A stretch of 64,000 bases of DNA from Gemmatimonadaceae bacterium (GTDB lineage Bacteria > Gemmatimonadota > Gemmatimonadetes > Gemmatimonadales > Gemmatimonadaceae): the NCBI GenBank assembly GCA_036557635.1, contig DATBHD010000085.1, forward strand, positions 213 through 64,212. The letters run 5' to 3'. A model generated the notes under the pieces. The model saw only the letters and a list, made by a program, of their open reading frames with translations. It made no database searches and was not told the DNA's origin. This document shows, in pieces, positions 1 through 8,797 of this stretch. Numbering within the stretch: the stretch's first letter is position 1; each line of letters starts with the position of its first letter. The translations under genes and the position numbers were made by a program.

Positions 1-252
1 CATCACCGGCGCCTCTGGAATCGCCGGCATCGACTCCGGCGTGCCGAGCGAGAGGGTGGTGGCGAGGCGCTCGGCCATCGAGGGGATGCGCTCGTCGCGC
101 GCGGTGACCTCCGCCCTCGTTAGGCCCGTGCGCTCGGCGACGGCGTCGATCACGGCGTTGTCGAAGAGCGACCAGCCGAGCGCGCGCGCGACGCGCTCGG
201 CGATCGCCGAGCCGCCGGCGCCGTACATGCGCGAGATGGTGACGAATGGCAA
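1..252 (-). CDS. cytidylate kinase-like family protein; 3' end runs off the window
   Basis: Minus-strand frame reads LPFVTISRMYGAGGSAIAERVARALGWSLFDNAVIDAVAERTGL..., a P-loop N-terminus typical of the cytidylate-kinase-like family. TTG at 250-252 is the only nearby start. It is absent from the ORF track because it is open at the window edge. Confidence 0.55.
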   Translation of the reverse strand, partial: MPFVTISRMYGAGGSAIAERVARALGWSLFDNAVIDAVAERTGLTRAEVTARDERIPSMAERLATTLSLGTPESMPAIPEAPVM

Positions 253-291
253 AGGGCTCGGGTATTGGGAGCGAGGGGCGTCGAGATCGGA

Positions 292-888
292 CTAATCCGC
301 GAGTCCCTTTCGTCTGACCTCTTCCACGACGGCGAAGCCGGCCGCGTTCCAGGCGGCGCTGGCGTTGCCGCCGGGCACGTTGTGCAGCCGCATCTCGGTC
401 AGCCCTCGCTCCGCGCACCACGCCTCGGCGTGAGCGAGCAAGGCGGTGAGGACGCCGCGCCGCCGCGAACGCGGCCGCACGTAGACCGACGAGACGTAAC
501 AGTATCGTTCCGGGTGCAGCAGCGGCGTGTTGAACGTCTCGACGCAGCGCAGGATGCCGACGATCGCGTCCCCCGATTCGGCGAGGAGCATTGCCTCGTT
601 AGGCGCGCGGAGCTGTGCGTCGAACACGTCGCAGGCGCGCTCGCGCGCGTCGACCCGCAACTGGCCGTAGATGGGGTGGCGATCGTTCTCGCGCAGGAGC
701 GCGAGCCGAAGCTCGACGACGACGGCCAGGTCGGCGGGCGTGGCGCGCCGTACGGTGATCGCGCGTCGCGGCGCCGGTCGATCGACCGCGCCGCGCGCCG
801 CGCGGCGGGCTTCACCTAGCGCGGGGGCCATCCCGGCGCCGGATCGTGAGCCGCCGGCGTCGCGCCCGGGCTCGCTCCGGCGCGTCAT
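292..888 (-). CDS. GNAT family N-acetyltransferase
   Basis: 198-aa ORF with an acetyl-CoA binding core (VYVRPRSRRRGVLTALLAHAEAWCAERG). 4-nt stop/start overlap with the upstream gene at 885-888. The true start may be internal. Confidence 0.8.
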   Translation of the reverse strand: MTRRSEPGRDAGGSRSGAGMAPALGEARRAARGAVDRPAPRRAITVRRATPADLAVVVELRLALLRENDRHPIYGQLRVDARERACDVFDAQLRAPNEAMLLAESGDAIVGILRCVETFNTPLLHPERYCYVSSVYVRPRSRRRGVLTALLAHAEAWCAERGLTEMRLHNVPGGNASAAWNAAGFAVVEEVRRKGLAD

Positions 889-2423
889 GCCATCCCGCCT
901 CCGAAGAGATCCTGACCGGGGCGTCGGCGCGGCTCGGGCAGCGCACGCCCGTAGGCGCCGCCGTCGCTGCGCGAAATTTTCTTACGCGCGACGAGCGCCT
1001 CGAGCACGAGCTCGCAGGCCGCGACCGAGACCGGCGCATCGTCTTCGGTCGCGAGGCCGACGCGCCTAACGACCGACAGCAAGTCAGGCACGACGTCGAA
1101 GCCCTTGAGCACGGCCTCGGACCGCGCGTCGTCGGTGACTTGCAGCGCGCCCCCCTCGTCGAACCACATCACGATCTCGTCGGTGTTCACGCCGCCGGCG
1201 CGATCCTGGAACGTCGCATCCGCGGCGCGACGAATCAGCTCGCGCGCGATCGCGTTGCCGCCGACCAGTTCGCCCTCGTACTCGAGCTCGATCTTGCCGG
1301 TGATCGCCGGGAGCGCCGCGTAAATGTCGGCGACACGCGGCACGACCTCGGTCTCGCCCGTCGTGATCGCGCGCCGTTCGGCGTTCGAGATCACGTTTTC
1401 CATGACCGTGATCGGCATGCGCTGCGAAACTCCGGAGCGCTTGTCGATCCGCCGGTCGGTCCGCGCTTCGAACGCGATGCGCTCGATCATCTCGGCGACG
1501 AAGTCGGGAACACGCACCGACCGATTGTCGCGCTCCGTCCACGCCTCCTGCCGAGTGATCGTCATGCCGAGATCGACCGTCTCCGGATAGTGCGTGAGGA
1601 TCTCGCTCCCGATACGGTCCTTGAGTGGCGTGATGATCTTGCCGCGCGCCGTGTAATCCTCCGGGTTGGCGGTAAAGCACAACTGCACGTCGAGTGGCAG
1701 ACGCACCGGATACCCTTTGATCTGGACGTCGCCCTCCTGCATGACGTTGAACAATCCGACCTGCACTTTTCCAGCGAGATCGGGGAGCTCGTTGAGCGCG
1801 AAGACGCCGCGATTCGCGCGCGGCAGCATTCCGTAGTGAATCGTGAGCTCGTCGGAGAGCAGGTGGCCGCCTCGCGCCGCCTTGATCGGATCCAGATCGC
1901 CGATCAGATCCGCGATGGTCACATCCGGCGTCGCCAACTTCTCCACGTAACGATTGTCGCGGCCGACCCATGCGATCGGCGTGTCGTCCCCGGCCTGCGT
2001 GAGCAGATTGCGCGCGAACTTCGAGATCGGCGCGAAGGGATTGTCGTTGACCTCGCTCCCGGCGACGATCGGAATCGCGTCGTCGAGCAGCGTCGTGAGC
2101 GCGCGGAGAATGCGCGACTTCGCCTGACCGCGGAGACCGAGGAGAATGAAGTTGTGGCGCGACAGTATCGCATTCACGATTTGCGGCATCACGGTCTCCT
2201 CGTACCCGATCACTCCGGCGAAGAGCGGTCCGCCGTTGCACAGGCGGGCCAGCAGATTCTGACGCATTTCGTCCTTCACCGATCGCAACGCGCGCTCGGG
2301 AACACCATACGGCGAGCGCTTCAGGGCGCCGAGAGTTTCCGGAAACGACGACACGGCTTTCTCCTCAGTCGGATGAAAAACTGATTCTCCGTCAATGAAG
2401 CGCTGCGGGAGGAACGAACGCAA
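885..2423 (-). CDS. AAA+ ATPase, BchI/ChlI (Mg-chelatase subunit I)-like
   Basis: 512-aa ORF with P-loop LLGLRGQAKS, Walker B-like FALNELPDL and a long C-terminal helical region. This family is often auto-annotated as sigma54-interacting, but it has no REC or HTH domain. Confidence 0.75.
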   Translation of the reverse strand: MRSFLPQRFIDGESVFHPTEEKAVSSFPETLGALKRSPYGVPERALRSVKDEMRQNLLARLCNGGPLFAGVIGYEETVMPQIVNAILSRHNFILLGLRGQAKSRILRALTTLLDDAIPIVAGSEVNDNPFAPISKFARNLLTQAGDDTPIAWVGRDNRYVEKLATPDVTIADLIGDLDPIKAARGGHLLSDELTIHYGMLPRANRGVFALNELPDLAGKVQVGLFNVMQEGDVQIKGYPVRLPLDVQLCFTANPEDYTARGKIITPLKDRIGSEILTHYPETVDLGMTITRQEAWTERDNRSVRVPDFVAEMIERIAFEARTDRRIDKRSGVSQRMPITVMENVISNAERRAITTGETEVVPRVADIYAALPAITGKIELEYEGELVGGNAIARELIRRAADATFQDRAGGVNTDEIVMWFDEGGALQVTDDARSEAVLKGFDVVPDLLSVVRRVGLATEDDAPVSVAACELVLEALVARKKISRSDGGAYGRALPEPRRRPGQDLFGGGMA

Positions 2424-2514
2424 GCCCGAAATTGCGCAGTGCGTGTAGCCTGGAGCGCGGAGATTCGCGTAACCGTCAACGCTCCATGCTCTACGCTCGA
2501 CGCGTCGTTAGGCA

Positions 2515-4611
2515 TCAATCCGCGAGACTGACCTCGACGAGATTGTCGTAGAAAACGGGACCGTGGCCGAGGTCGGTCTCGAGCTGCGAGGTGGTCTGGT
2601 TTGCATTCGCGCCGTCGGCCGCGAACTTCCCCCACCAGATGGATGGTGCCCAGACGACACCCTCCCTGATCGAGTCCTCGATTCTCGCGACGGCCGTGAA
2701 CGCGCCGCGATCGTTCTGAACGACGACTCGAGCGCCGCTCGGAATACCGCGCTGCTCCGCATCGTGAGGATGCAACACGCACTCGGGCTCCCGCGCGGCG
2801 CGCCGCAAGGCACCGACGTTCACGAACGTCGTGTTCAGGAATTGATGCGCCGGTGACGAAATCAGAGTCAACGGATATCGCGCGGCCAGCTCCGGCACGT
2901 TCTCCGGAAACTCGTACGGGGCAGTGAACGTGGGAACGGGTTCGAGTCCCATCTGCGCCATTCGCTCCGAGTAGAATTCGCACTTTCCCGAAGGAGTCGG
3001 AAACCCTCCCTCGGCGAACGGCAAATACGGAGTCGGAACATTCAATCGCGCCCACCCGCGCTCGAGCAGCGCTTCCAGCTTGATGCCGCGGAGCTTCTCG
3101 GCATTCGTGTCGAGCGCCTGTCGAATGAGCGAGAGATCATCCTCGGCGAAGAGTGACGGTTCCAGCTTCATCCGCGACGCGAGCAAGCGGAAGATCTCGC
3201 TGTTCGGCTTCGCTTCACCCACTGGAGCGATCGACGGTTGATTGAGCGTGATGTAATGGTGGCCGTACGAAAAATGGATATCCCAGTGCTCCAGCTGAGT
3301 CGTTGCCGGAAGCACGATGTCCGCCCAATCAGCGGTGTCCGTCTGAAAATGCTCGAGTACGACGGTGAACAGGTCGTCGCGAGCCAAACCACGCAGCACC
3401 GCGTTGCGGTCCGGCGCGACGGCCGCCGGATTCGAGTTGTAAACCACTAGCGCCTTGACCGGCGGTCCACCGACACCGGCGTTCGGCGTGGTGAGCGCTT
3501 CACCGAGGCGAATCATGTTGATGGTGCGAACCGGCGGTGACAGGTCCGGACGCTCCAGTGCCTGTCTATTGAATTGGAAATTCGCGCTCGTCGAGAGCTG
3601 TACGCCGCCGCCCGGCCTTCGCCAATGTCCGGTAATGGACGGCAGACACGCGATCGTGCGCACCGCCATGCCGCCGCCGCGATGACGTTGCAGCCCGTAG
3701 TTCACGCGAATGAACGCCGCGCGCGAACGCCCATACCGCTCCGCCAAGTCGACGATCTTCGAGGACGGAATTCCGGTAATGCCGGCAACGCGCTCCGGCG
3801 AATACTCGCGCGCCCGGGCGCGCAGTGCTTCTTCGCCGAGTGTATGGCGCGCCAGATAATCTCGATCCTCGAGGCCTCGCTCGAAGAGGACGTGCATCAT
3901 GCCGAGAGCGAGCGCCGCGTCCGTGCCCGGACGAATGGCGATCCATTCGTCACATTGAGCAGCCGTGCGTGTTCGCAGTGGATCGATGGCGATGATCGGA
4001 GCGCCGCGGCTGCGTGCCTCGAGCACGAACGGCCAGAGGTGCGGATTCGACGTGAGCGTATTCGTTCCCCACAGGAGAACGAGATCACTTTCCGGAATTC
4101 CTTCGGCATCGGCGCCGACGTTGGCGCCCAGGGTCATACGCATGCCGACCGTGCCGGCCATCGAGCAGATGGTGCGGTCGAGCATCGATGCGCCGAGCAG
4201 GTGAAAGAAGCGGCGATCGAGGGACGATCCCTGCACGAGCCCCATTGTCCCCGCGTACGAATAGGGAAGGATCGCTTGGGGACCGTCTGGGGACGCCGCA
4301 ATGGCAGTCAGCCGCTCCGCGATTTCGCCGAGCGCCTCGTCCCAACTCACTCGGGCAAAGCGTCCGCTCCCTTTCGCGCCGACGCGACGCAGGGGGTGCA
4401 GCAGACGCTCAGGATGGTACGTTCGTTCGACGTAGCGGTTGACCTTCGTGCAGAGAAAACCGCGCGTAAAGGGGTGTTCGGGATCGCCGGCCACGCGAAC
4501 GGCGCGGCCGTTCTCGACCGTGACGAGCATCGAACACGTGTCGGGGCAGTCGTGCGGACACGCGCCGTGAACGACCTTGGAGTCGGCGAGGGGAAGAGAA
4601 TGGGCGGTCAT
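2515..4611 (-). CDS. molybdopterin (bis-MGD) oxidoreductase family protein
   Basis: 698-aa ORF with an N-terminal 4Fe-4S Mo/W-bis-MGD motif (CPHDCPDTC...C). Length and C-terminal molybdopterin dinucleotide-binding region are typical of the family. Confidence 0.85.
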   Translation of the reverse strand: MTAHSLPLADSKVVHGACPHDCPDTCSMLVTVENGRAVRVAGDPEHPFTRGFLCTKVNRYVERTYHPERLLHPLRRVGAKGSGRFARVSWDEALGEIAERLTAIAASPDGPQAILPYSYAGTMGLVQGSSLDRRFFHLLGASMLDRTICSMAGTVGMRMTLGANVGADAEGIPESDLVLLWGTNTLTSNPHLWPFVLEARSRGAPIIAIDPLRTRTAAQCDEWIAIRPGTDAALALGMMHVLFERGLEDRDYLARHTLGEEALRARAREYSPERVAGITGIPSSKIVDLAERYGRSRAAFIRVNYGLQRHRGGGMAVRTIACLPSITGHWRRPGGGVQLSTSANFQFNRQALERPDLSPPVRTINMIRLGEALTTPNAGVGGPPVKALVVYNSNPAAVAPDRNAVLRGLARDDLFTVVLEHFQTDTADWADIVLPATTQLEHWDIHFSYGHHYITLNQPSIAPVGEAKPNSEIFRLLASRMKLEPSLFAEDDLSLIRQALDTNAEKLRGIKLEALLERGWARLNVPTPYLPFAEGGFPTPSGKCEFYSERMAQMGLEPVPTFTAPYEFPENVPELAARYPLTLISSPAHQFLNTTFVNVGALRRAAREPECVLHPHDAEQRGIPSGARVVVQNDRGAFTAVARIEDSIREGVVWAPSIWWGKFAADGANANQTTSQLETDLGHGPVFYDNLVEVSLAD

Positions 4612-4873
4612 GGCAGCCTCGGCGCCGGACCGTGCAAAGCTAGGCGGGTTTCGGAAGGGGGGCTAGCAGGCGATTCGCCGCGTTGAGGGCCTCACGGCGC
4701 AGCGGACGTGCTGCCCGTACAAAGCCTTTGACCAGTCGCCACTTGACGTTGCGGTGGCTCCTTGACAGCATAGCAGTGGCCGGTAGCTTACACGCCGCCC
4801 GTCACGATCCGAGCATCGCCGCTGCGAGCGCGGAACCGATTCGAATTCTCGTACCCCTCTTCAGGAGATCTGC

Positions 4874-5119
4874 ATGAAGCGCCTGGCTCTCGTCGCCGCC
4901 GTATTCGCGGTCGCGGCTTGTGCAAAGAACGACCAAGCTAAGACGGATTCCGCGGCTGCCGCCGCTGCGCCGGCCCCCGCTGCCGCTCCGGCTCCCGCGC
5001 CTGCCGCGGACACCGCGATGAAGATGGACTCGACGCACAAGATGGATAGCGCGAAGGCTGCTGATACATCGAAGATGTCGAAGACGAAGACCACGAAGGG
5101 CGCCAGCAAGAAGCCGTAA
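4874..5119 (+). CDS. small secreted lipoprotein, Ala/Pro/Lys-rich
   Basis: 81 aa with signal peptide and lipobox (MKRLALVAAVFAVAAC). AGGAGA Shine-Dalgarno 6 nt upstream of the ATG; followed by a hairpin terminator. Confidence 0.6.
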   Translation: MKRLALVAAVFAVAACAKNDQAKTDSAAAAAAPAPAAAPAPAPAADTAMKMDSTHKMDSAKAADTSKMSKTKTTKGASKKP

Positions 5120-5143
5120 GGCCTCTTTCGGGTCGATGAGGGC

Positions 5144-5169
5144 AAGGGCGCGACGGGGTCGCGCCCTTT
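5144..5169. terminator. GC-rich hairpin between convergent genes
   Basis: AAGGGCGCGA / TCGCGCCCTT 10-bp stem with a short loop, followed by TTTG on the + strand. It lies between the stops at 5119 (+) and 5185 (-). Confidence 0.5.
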
Positions 5170-5184
5170 GTCGTGTGCGCTTGC

Positions 5185-6234
5185 CTAACGAGAGTGGTCT
5201 TTCCACCAGCGAAAGGCGCCGGCGACGCCGACCTCGGGGCGAAGTTGTGGGTTCCAGCCGAGCTCGCGGCGCGCGCGATCCGAGTTGAAGGGATTGTTCC
5301 GCGCCATGAAGTCGAGGGACGCGGTGCTGACGATGCTCAACCGGCCTCCGCTGACGAATCGAACGACCTGTTTCGCGATCGCGAAACCCCCGCGCGCGAT
5401 CCCATGCGGAACGCTGACGGTGTGGATCGCGTGGCCCAATCCAGACGCGGCGAGGTCGATGAACTCGCTCCAGGTCACGTCGAAGTCGTTCGCGAGATTG
5501 TACGCCGATCCGCCGGCTCCAGCGTAGTTCGCGGCGCGCACCGCGCCGTCGGCCACGTGCGCGGCGTGCACGATGGCCATCGTCGCGCGGCCGCCATCGA
5601 TGAGCGGAGCCACGCGCAGGCGCAACGCACGCGCGATGCGCGGGACGAACTGACGGTCGCGCGGGCCGTAGATCACGTCCGGGCGCACCGCCGTCGCCCA
5701 GATGCGACCTTCGGCATGCGCTTCCATGACCAGCTCCTCCGACTCTCGCTTGCTGCGCGCGTAGTACGCGCGCTCGGGAAGAGGATCGAGCGGCGTCGTC
5801 TCGTCGACGCCGGTGGCCTTGCTCGATGCATAACGAGCCTTGGGTCCGTAGACGGCAACACTGCTCAGCTGGAGCAACCGGGCGCCGCTGCGCGCCGCGG
5901 CGGCAATCGCGTTCCGCGTTCCGTCGACATTCGGAATGCGATAGGCGTCGTAGGGATGGACGCGGCGCGCCGGCGGCGTGACGGCGGCCGCCGTATGAAA
6001 GATCACCTCGGCGCCGCGGGCGGATTCGACGACCGACGGCAGGTCGAGGATGTCACCCACGGCGAGCTCCACGTTCTGCTCGCGCAACCAGGCGACCGCG
6101 TCCCAACCTCCCTCGCGTCCAACGTCGCCGGACTGTCGCACGAGCGCTCGCACGTGCCACCCGGCGGCCGACAACTCCTCGACGATGTGCGACCCGACGA
6201 GCCCCGTCGCGCCGGTTACGAGCGCGGTCGGCAC
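5185..6234 (-). CDS. NAD-dependent epimerase/dehydratase (extended SDR) family protein
   Basis: 349 aa with an N-terminal Rossmann motif VTGATGLVGSHIV. The TAG stop lies inside a copy of the 8-mer motif. Confidence 0.85.
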   Translation of the reverse strand: MPTALVTGATGLVGSHIVEELSAAGWHVRALVRQSGDVGREGGWDAVAWLREQNVELAVGDILDLPSVVESARGAEVIFHTAAAVTPPARRVHPYDAYRIPNVDGTRNAIAAAARSGARLLQLSSVAVYGPKARYASSKATGVDETTPLDPLPERAYYARSKRESEELVMEAHAEGRIWATAVRPDVIYGPRDRQFVPRIARALRLRVAPLIDGGRATMAIVHAAHVADGAVRAANYAGAGGSAYNLANDFDVTWSEFIDLAASGLGHAIHTVSVPHGIARGGFAIAKQVVRFVSGGRLSIVSTASLDFMARNNPFNSDRARRELGWNPQLRPEVGVAGAFRWWKDHSR

Positions 6235-6240
6235 TCCGCG

Positions 6241-7314
6241 TTAGGCAGGGAAGGGAAGTTGGGCGACGTCGACGCGCGTCTCACCACTCTCCGAACGAGC
6301 CGTCAACGTCGTTCCAGGCTCGATCTCGCGCCGCACCATCCCAATCGCGATGCCGCCAAGGCGCGGCGAGGCCGCGGTGCTCCGTACATCGCCGACATTC
6401 TTCCCCGCCGCGTCGAACAGCGCTGCCAGCCGCTCCGGCGGCTCCGGACCCGCCGCCCGCAGCCCGCGCAGATTCCTATTGACGTGACCGCGGAAGTGAA
6501 CGCGCGCAACCGTCTCCTGTCCCGTGTAGCAGCCCTTGGTGTACGAGATCGCGTGGAGCTCATCGAGATTCGCTTCCTGCGTCAATGTCGATTCGTCGAT
6601 GTCGACGCCCCACTCCGGCCGCCCCGCCTCGACACGCGCGATCTCCCAGGTTTCCAGGCCGGCCGGCGTTGCTTTCGCCGCGAGCGCGCGTTCCCACAGC
6701 GCGTCATACGTCTCCGCGGGCGCAAACAGCTCGAACCCCTCGAGCTCGAGGTCCGGCACCCGCGCGACGACGACGCGCGCACCGTCGATCTCGACGGCGA
6801 TGTGCGCATACGGAGGCAAGACGCCGAGCGCGGTGCTGCTCACGCCCGTCATCTCCCCGACCACAAGCCGTGCCGAAACGCCGAAGACACCCAGATCGCG
6901 CAACGTGGCGCTCTCGTCCTTGTAAGGCGCCAAGCGAGGATTCACGTACTTGCGCACGGTCGCCATCCACCCTTCACTCGCGCGCGGCGGCACATCGATC
7001 AGGAAAGAGTCATCTTCGCGAAGCAGGCGTAGATCGGCGATGATCTTTCCCTTGGGCGTCAACGCCGCCGCATACTGACCCTGGCCTGGCACGAGCGCGG
7101 TCACGTCGTTCGTCACGAGACCGGTCAGCATCTCGGCCGCGCTCGCGCCCGACATGCGCATGCGGCCACGATGACTCCGGTCGATCACGATGGCGTTGTG
7201 GCGCAGCGCCTCGTACTCGGTCGCGACGCCGGCGTACGAGAGAACGACACTTCGCCCCCCGATTTCGCCGACTGTCGATGGCTCGGCGCGCACGGAGGAG
7301 GGATGCCCAGGCAT
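6241..7314 (-). CDS. ygfZ: folate-binding protein YgfZ / GcvT-fold aminomethyltransferase family
   Basis: 357 aa with a GcvT-like fold and the YgfZ signature KGCYTGQE. The TAA stop lies inside a copy of the 8-mer motif. Confidence 0.8.
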   Translation of the reverse strand: MPGHPSSVRAEPSTVGEIGGRSVVLSYAGVATEYEALRHNAIVIDRSHRGRMRMSGASAAEMLTGLVTNDVTALVPGQGQYAAALTPKGKIIADLRLLREDDSFLIDVPPRASEGWMATVRKYVNPRLAPYKDESATLRDLGVFGVSARLVVGEMTGVSSTALGVLPPYAHIAVEIDGARVVVARVPDLELEGFELFAPAETYDALWERALAAKATPAGLETWEIARVEAGRPEWGVDIDESTLTQEANLDELHAISYTKGCYTGQETVARVHFRGHVNRNLRGLRAAGPEPPERLAALFDAAGKNVGDVRSTAASPRLGGIAIGMVRREIEPGTTLTARSESGETRVDVAQLPFPA

Positions 7315-7343
7315 GATCGAAGGGATAATGGGGGCAAGGGGCT

Positions 7344-7364
7344 AGGTGAAAGGTGCTGGGTGCT
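7344..7364. repeat. AGGTGCT-type heptamer repeat cluster (locus a)
   Basis: GGGGCTAGGTGaaAGGTGCTgGGTGCT in the ygfZ upstream intergenic region. Related arrays at 18069-18107 and 20387-20464. Confidence 0.6.
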
Positions 7365-7383
7365 TGGGGGAGCTCTGAAGAAT

Positions 7384-7462
7384 GTCATCCCGAGCGAAGC
7401 GCGGGATTCTGCTCTTCAAGGCATAGGTGCAGATTCCTCGTCGCTTCGCTCCTCGGAATGAC
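7384..7462. repeat. REP-like imperfect palindromic element (GTCATCCCGAGCGAAGCG...CGCTTCGCTCCTCGGAATGAC)
   Basis: About 30-nt inverted arms around a 16-nt loop, ending 6 nt after the glcF stop. A second copy in the same orientation is at 33750-33832. Confidence 0.8.
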
Positions 7463-7468
7463 AGTTCT

Positions 7469-8797
7469 TCAGAGGTTCCCTAGTCGCTCGTACGATCTAT
7501 CCAGCAGCTCCACCGGATGCACGACGCGCGTGCGCAGCGATGCACGGCGCAGCCCGGCCCCAATCTGCATGAGGCATCCCGGATTTCCCGTCGCCACGAG
7601 CTCGGCATCGGTCGCGGCGATGTTGCGAAGCTTCGGAGCAAGTACGGCGTTCGATGTATCGGCCTCGATGAGATTGTAGATCCCCGCGGCGCCGCAGCAA
7701 TGCTCGGCACCGGAGAGCGGAACGAGCTCGAGCTCGGGAATCGCGCGCAACACGGCGAGCGGCGGATCGGCGATGCGCTGCGCGTGCAGGAGATGACAGG
7801 GCGCGTCGTAGGTAACCCTCACCTTCACCGCGCCGCCCGTGCGTGGACCGGCGGCGACGAGCAGCTCCGTCACGTCCCGAACCCGACTAGAGAATGCCGC
7901 GGCGCGTTCCGACCATCGCGCATCGTCGGCGAGAAGATGCGCGTACTCCTTCATCATCGCGCCACAGCCGGCGGCGTTCGCGCACACGTATTCCGCGCTC
8001 GATCGCTCGAATGCCTCGATGTTCGTGCGCGCCAGCGCGCGCGCCGCACGCAAATCACCGGCGTGCGCATGCAACGCGCCGCAGCAGCGCTGTCCCGGCG
8101 CGTCGACCATCGTGTAGCCGTTGACGACGAGCGTACGCTCGGTGGCGCGATTGGTCCGCGCGAGCAATCCCTCCATGACGCAGCCGAGGAGGAGCGCCAC
8201 GCGTCCCCGCTTGCCGTCACCACGCGCGACATACGTTCTCACGCCCGCGTCGTCTTGCGTGGACGCAAGCATCGCCATCGCGAACCCGATGCGTCCGCCC
8301 AACCGCGAAAGGAGCGCGGGAATCCGGGTCGCTCGCGCTGCTCGAGACATCGTCATCGCGATCGTGAGCACCGACTGACGCGCGAATACCCACAGAATGG
8401 CACGCGCGACGAAGGGCAACGAACGCTTCTCGGCCATCGTCGCGCGCGTCGCCTCGAGCAAATGGCCGTAGGGAACGCCCGACGGGCAAACGGTCTCGCA
8501 CGCGCGACAGCCGAGGCACCGATCGATGTGCGTCTCGAGCGATGGATCATCGAGCGCCAGACTGCCCTCGAGCGCGGAGCGCATCAGAAGAATGCGGCCG
8601 CGCGGACTGTCGTTCTCGTCTTCGAGGGCGAGATAGGTGGGACAGCTCTGCAGACAGAAGCCGCAATGCACGCACGCATCGATTCCGGCGCGCATGTTCG
8701 CGAGCGGCGTGCCGGGCAAGGCGCAGGGTGCCTGACGAGAGGGCTGCGCGGGTATCGGTTGCTCGTCGACGAGTGGTCGGGTGGGAGCGCTGCTCAC
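7469..8797 (-). CDS. glcF: glycolate oxidase iron-sulfur subunit (Fe-S / CCG-domain protein)
   Basis: Two ferredoxin-type clusters (CVHCGFCLQSCP, CLGCRACETVCP) plus Cys-rich CCG domains. I place the start at the GTG that overlaps the glcE TGA (GTGA). The ORF-track start at 8905 would overlap glcE by 112 nt. Confidence 0.8.
   Translation of the reverse strand: MSSAPTRPLVDEQPIPAQPSRQAPCALPGTPLANMRAGIDACVHCGFCLQSCPTYLALEDENDSPRGRILLMRSALEGSLALDDPSLETHIDRCLGCRACETVCPSGVPYGHLLEATRATMAEKRSLPFVARAILWVFARQSVLTIAMTMSRAARATRIPALLSRLGGRIGFAMAMLASTQDDAGVRTYVARGDGKRGRVALLLGCVMEGLLARTNRATERTLVVNGYTMVDAPGQRCCGALHAHAGDLRAARALARTNIEAFERSSAEYVCANAAGCGAMMKEYAHLLADDARWSERAAAFSSRVRDVTELLVAAGPRTGGAVKVRVTYDAPCHLLHAQRIADPPLAVLRAIPELELVPLSGAEHCCGAAGIYNLIEADTSNAVLAPKLRNIAATDAELVATGNPGCLMQIGAGLRRASLRTRVVHPVELLDRSYERLGNL

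Noticed and set aside
846-2384. 512-aa + strand ORF mirroring the AAA+ ATPase gene
   Set aside because: It is an antisense shadow ORF typical of high-GC DNA. Its Arg/Asp/His-rich low-complexity translation has no motifs, whereas the minus-strand frame has clear AAA+ features.
4930-5010. Repetitive GCN/CCG-rich stretch that might be a tandem repeat or array
   Set aside because: It is the Ala/Pro-rich low-complexity linker of the small lipoprotein (AAAAAAPAPAAAPAPAPAA). It has no spacer/repeat architecture.
5173-7032. 619-aa + strand ORF spanning the SDR and ygfZ loci
   Set aside because: It runs antisense across two well-supported minus-strand genes and their intergenic gap. The translation is Arg-rich with no domain signature.
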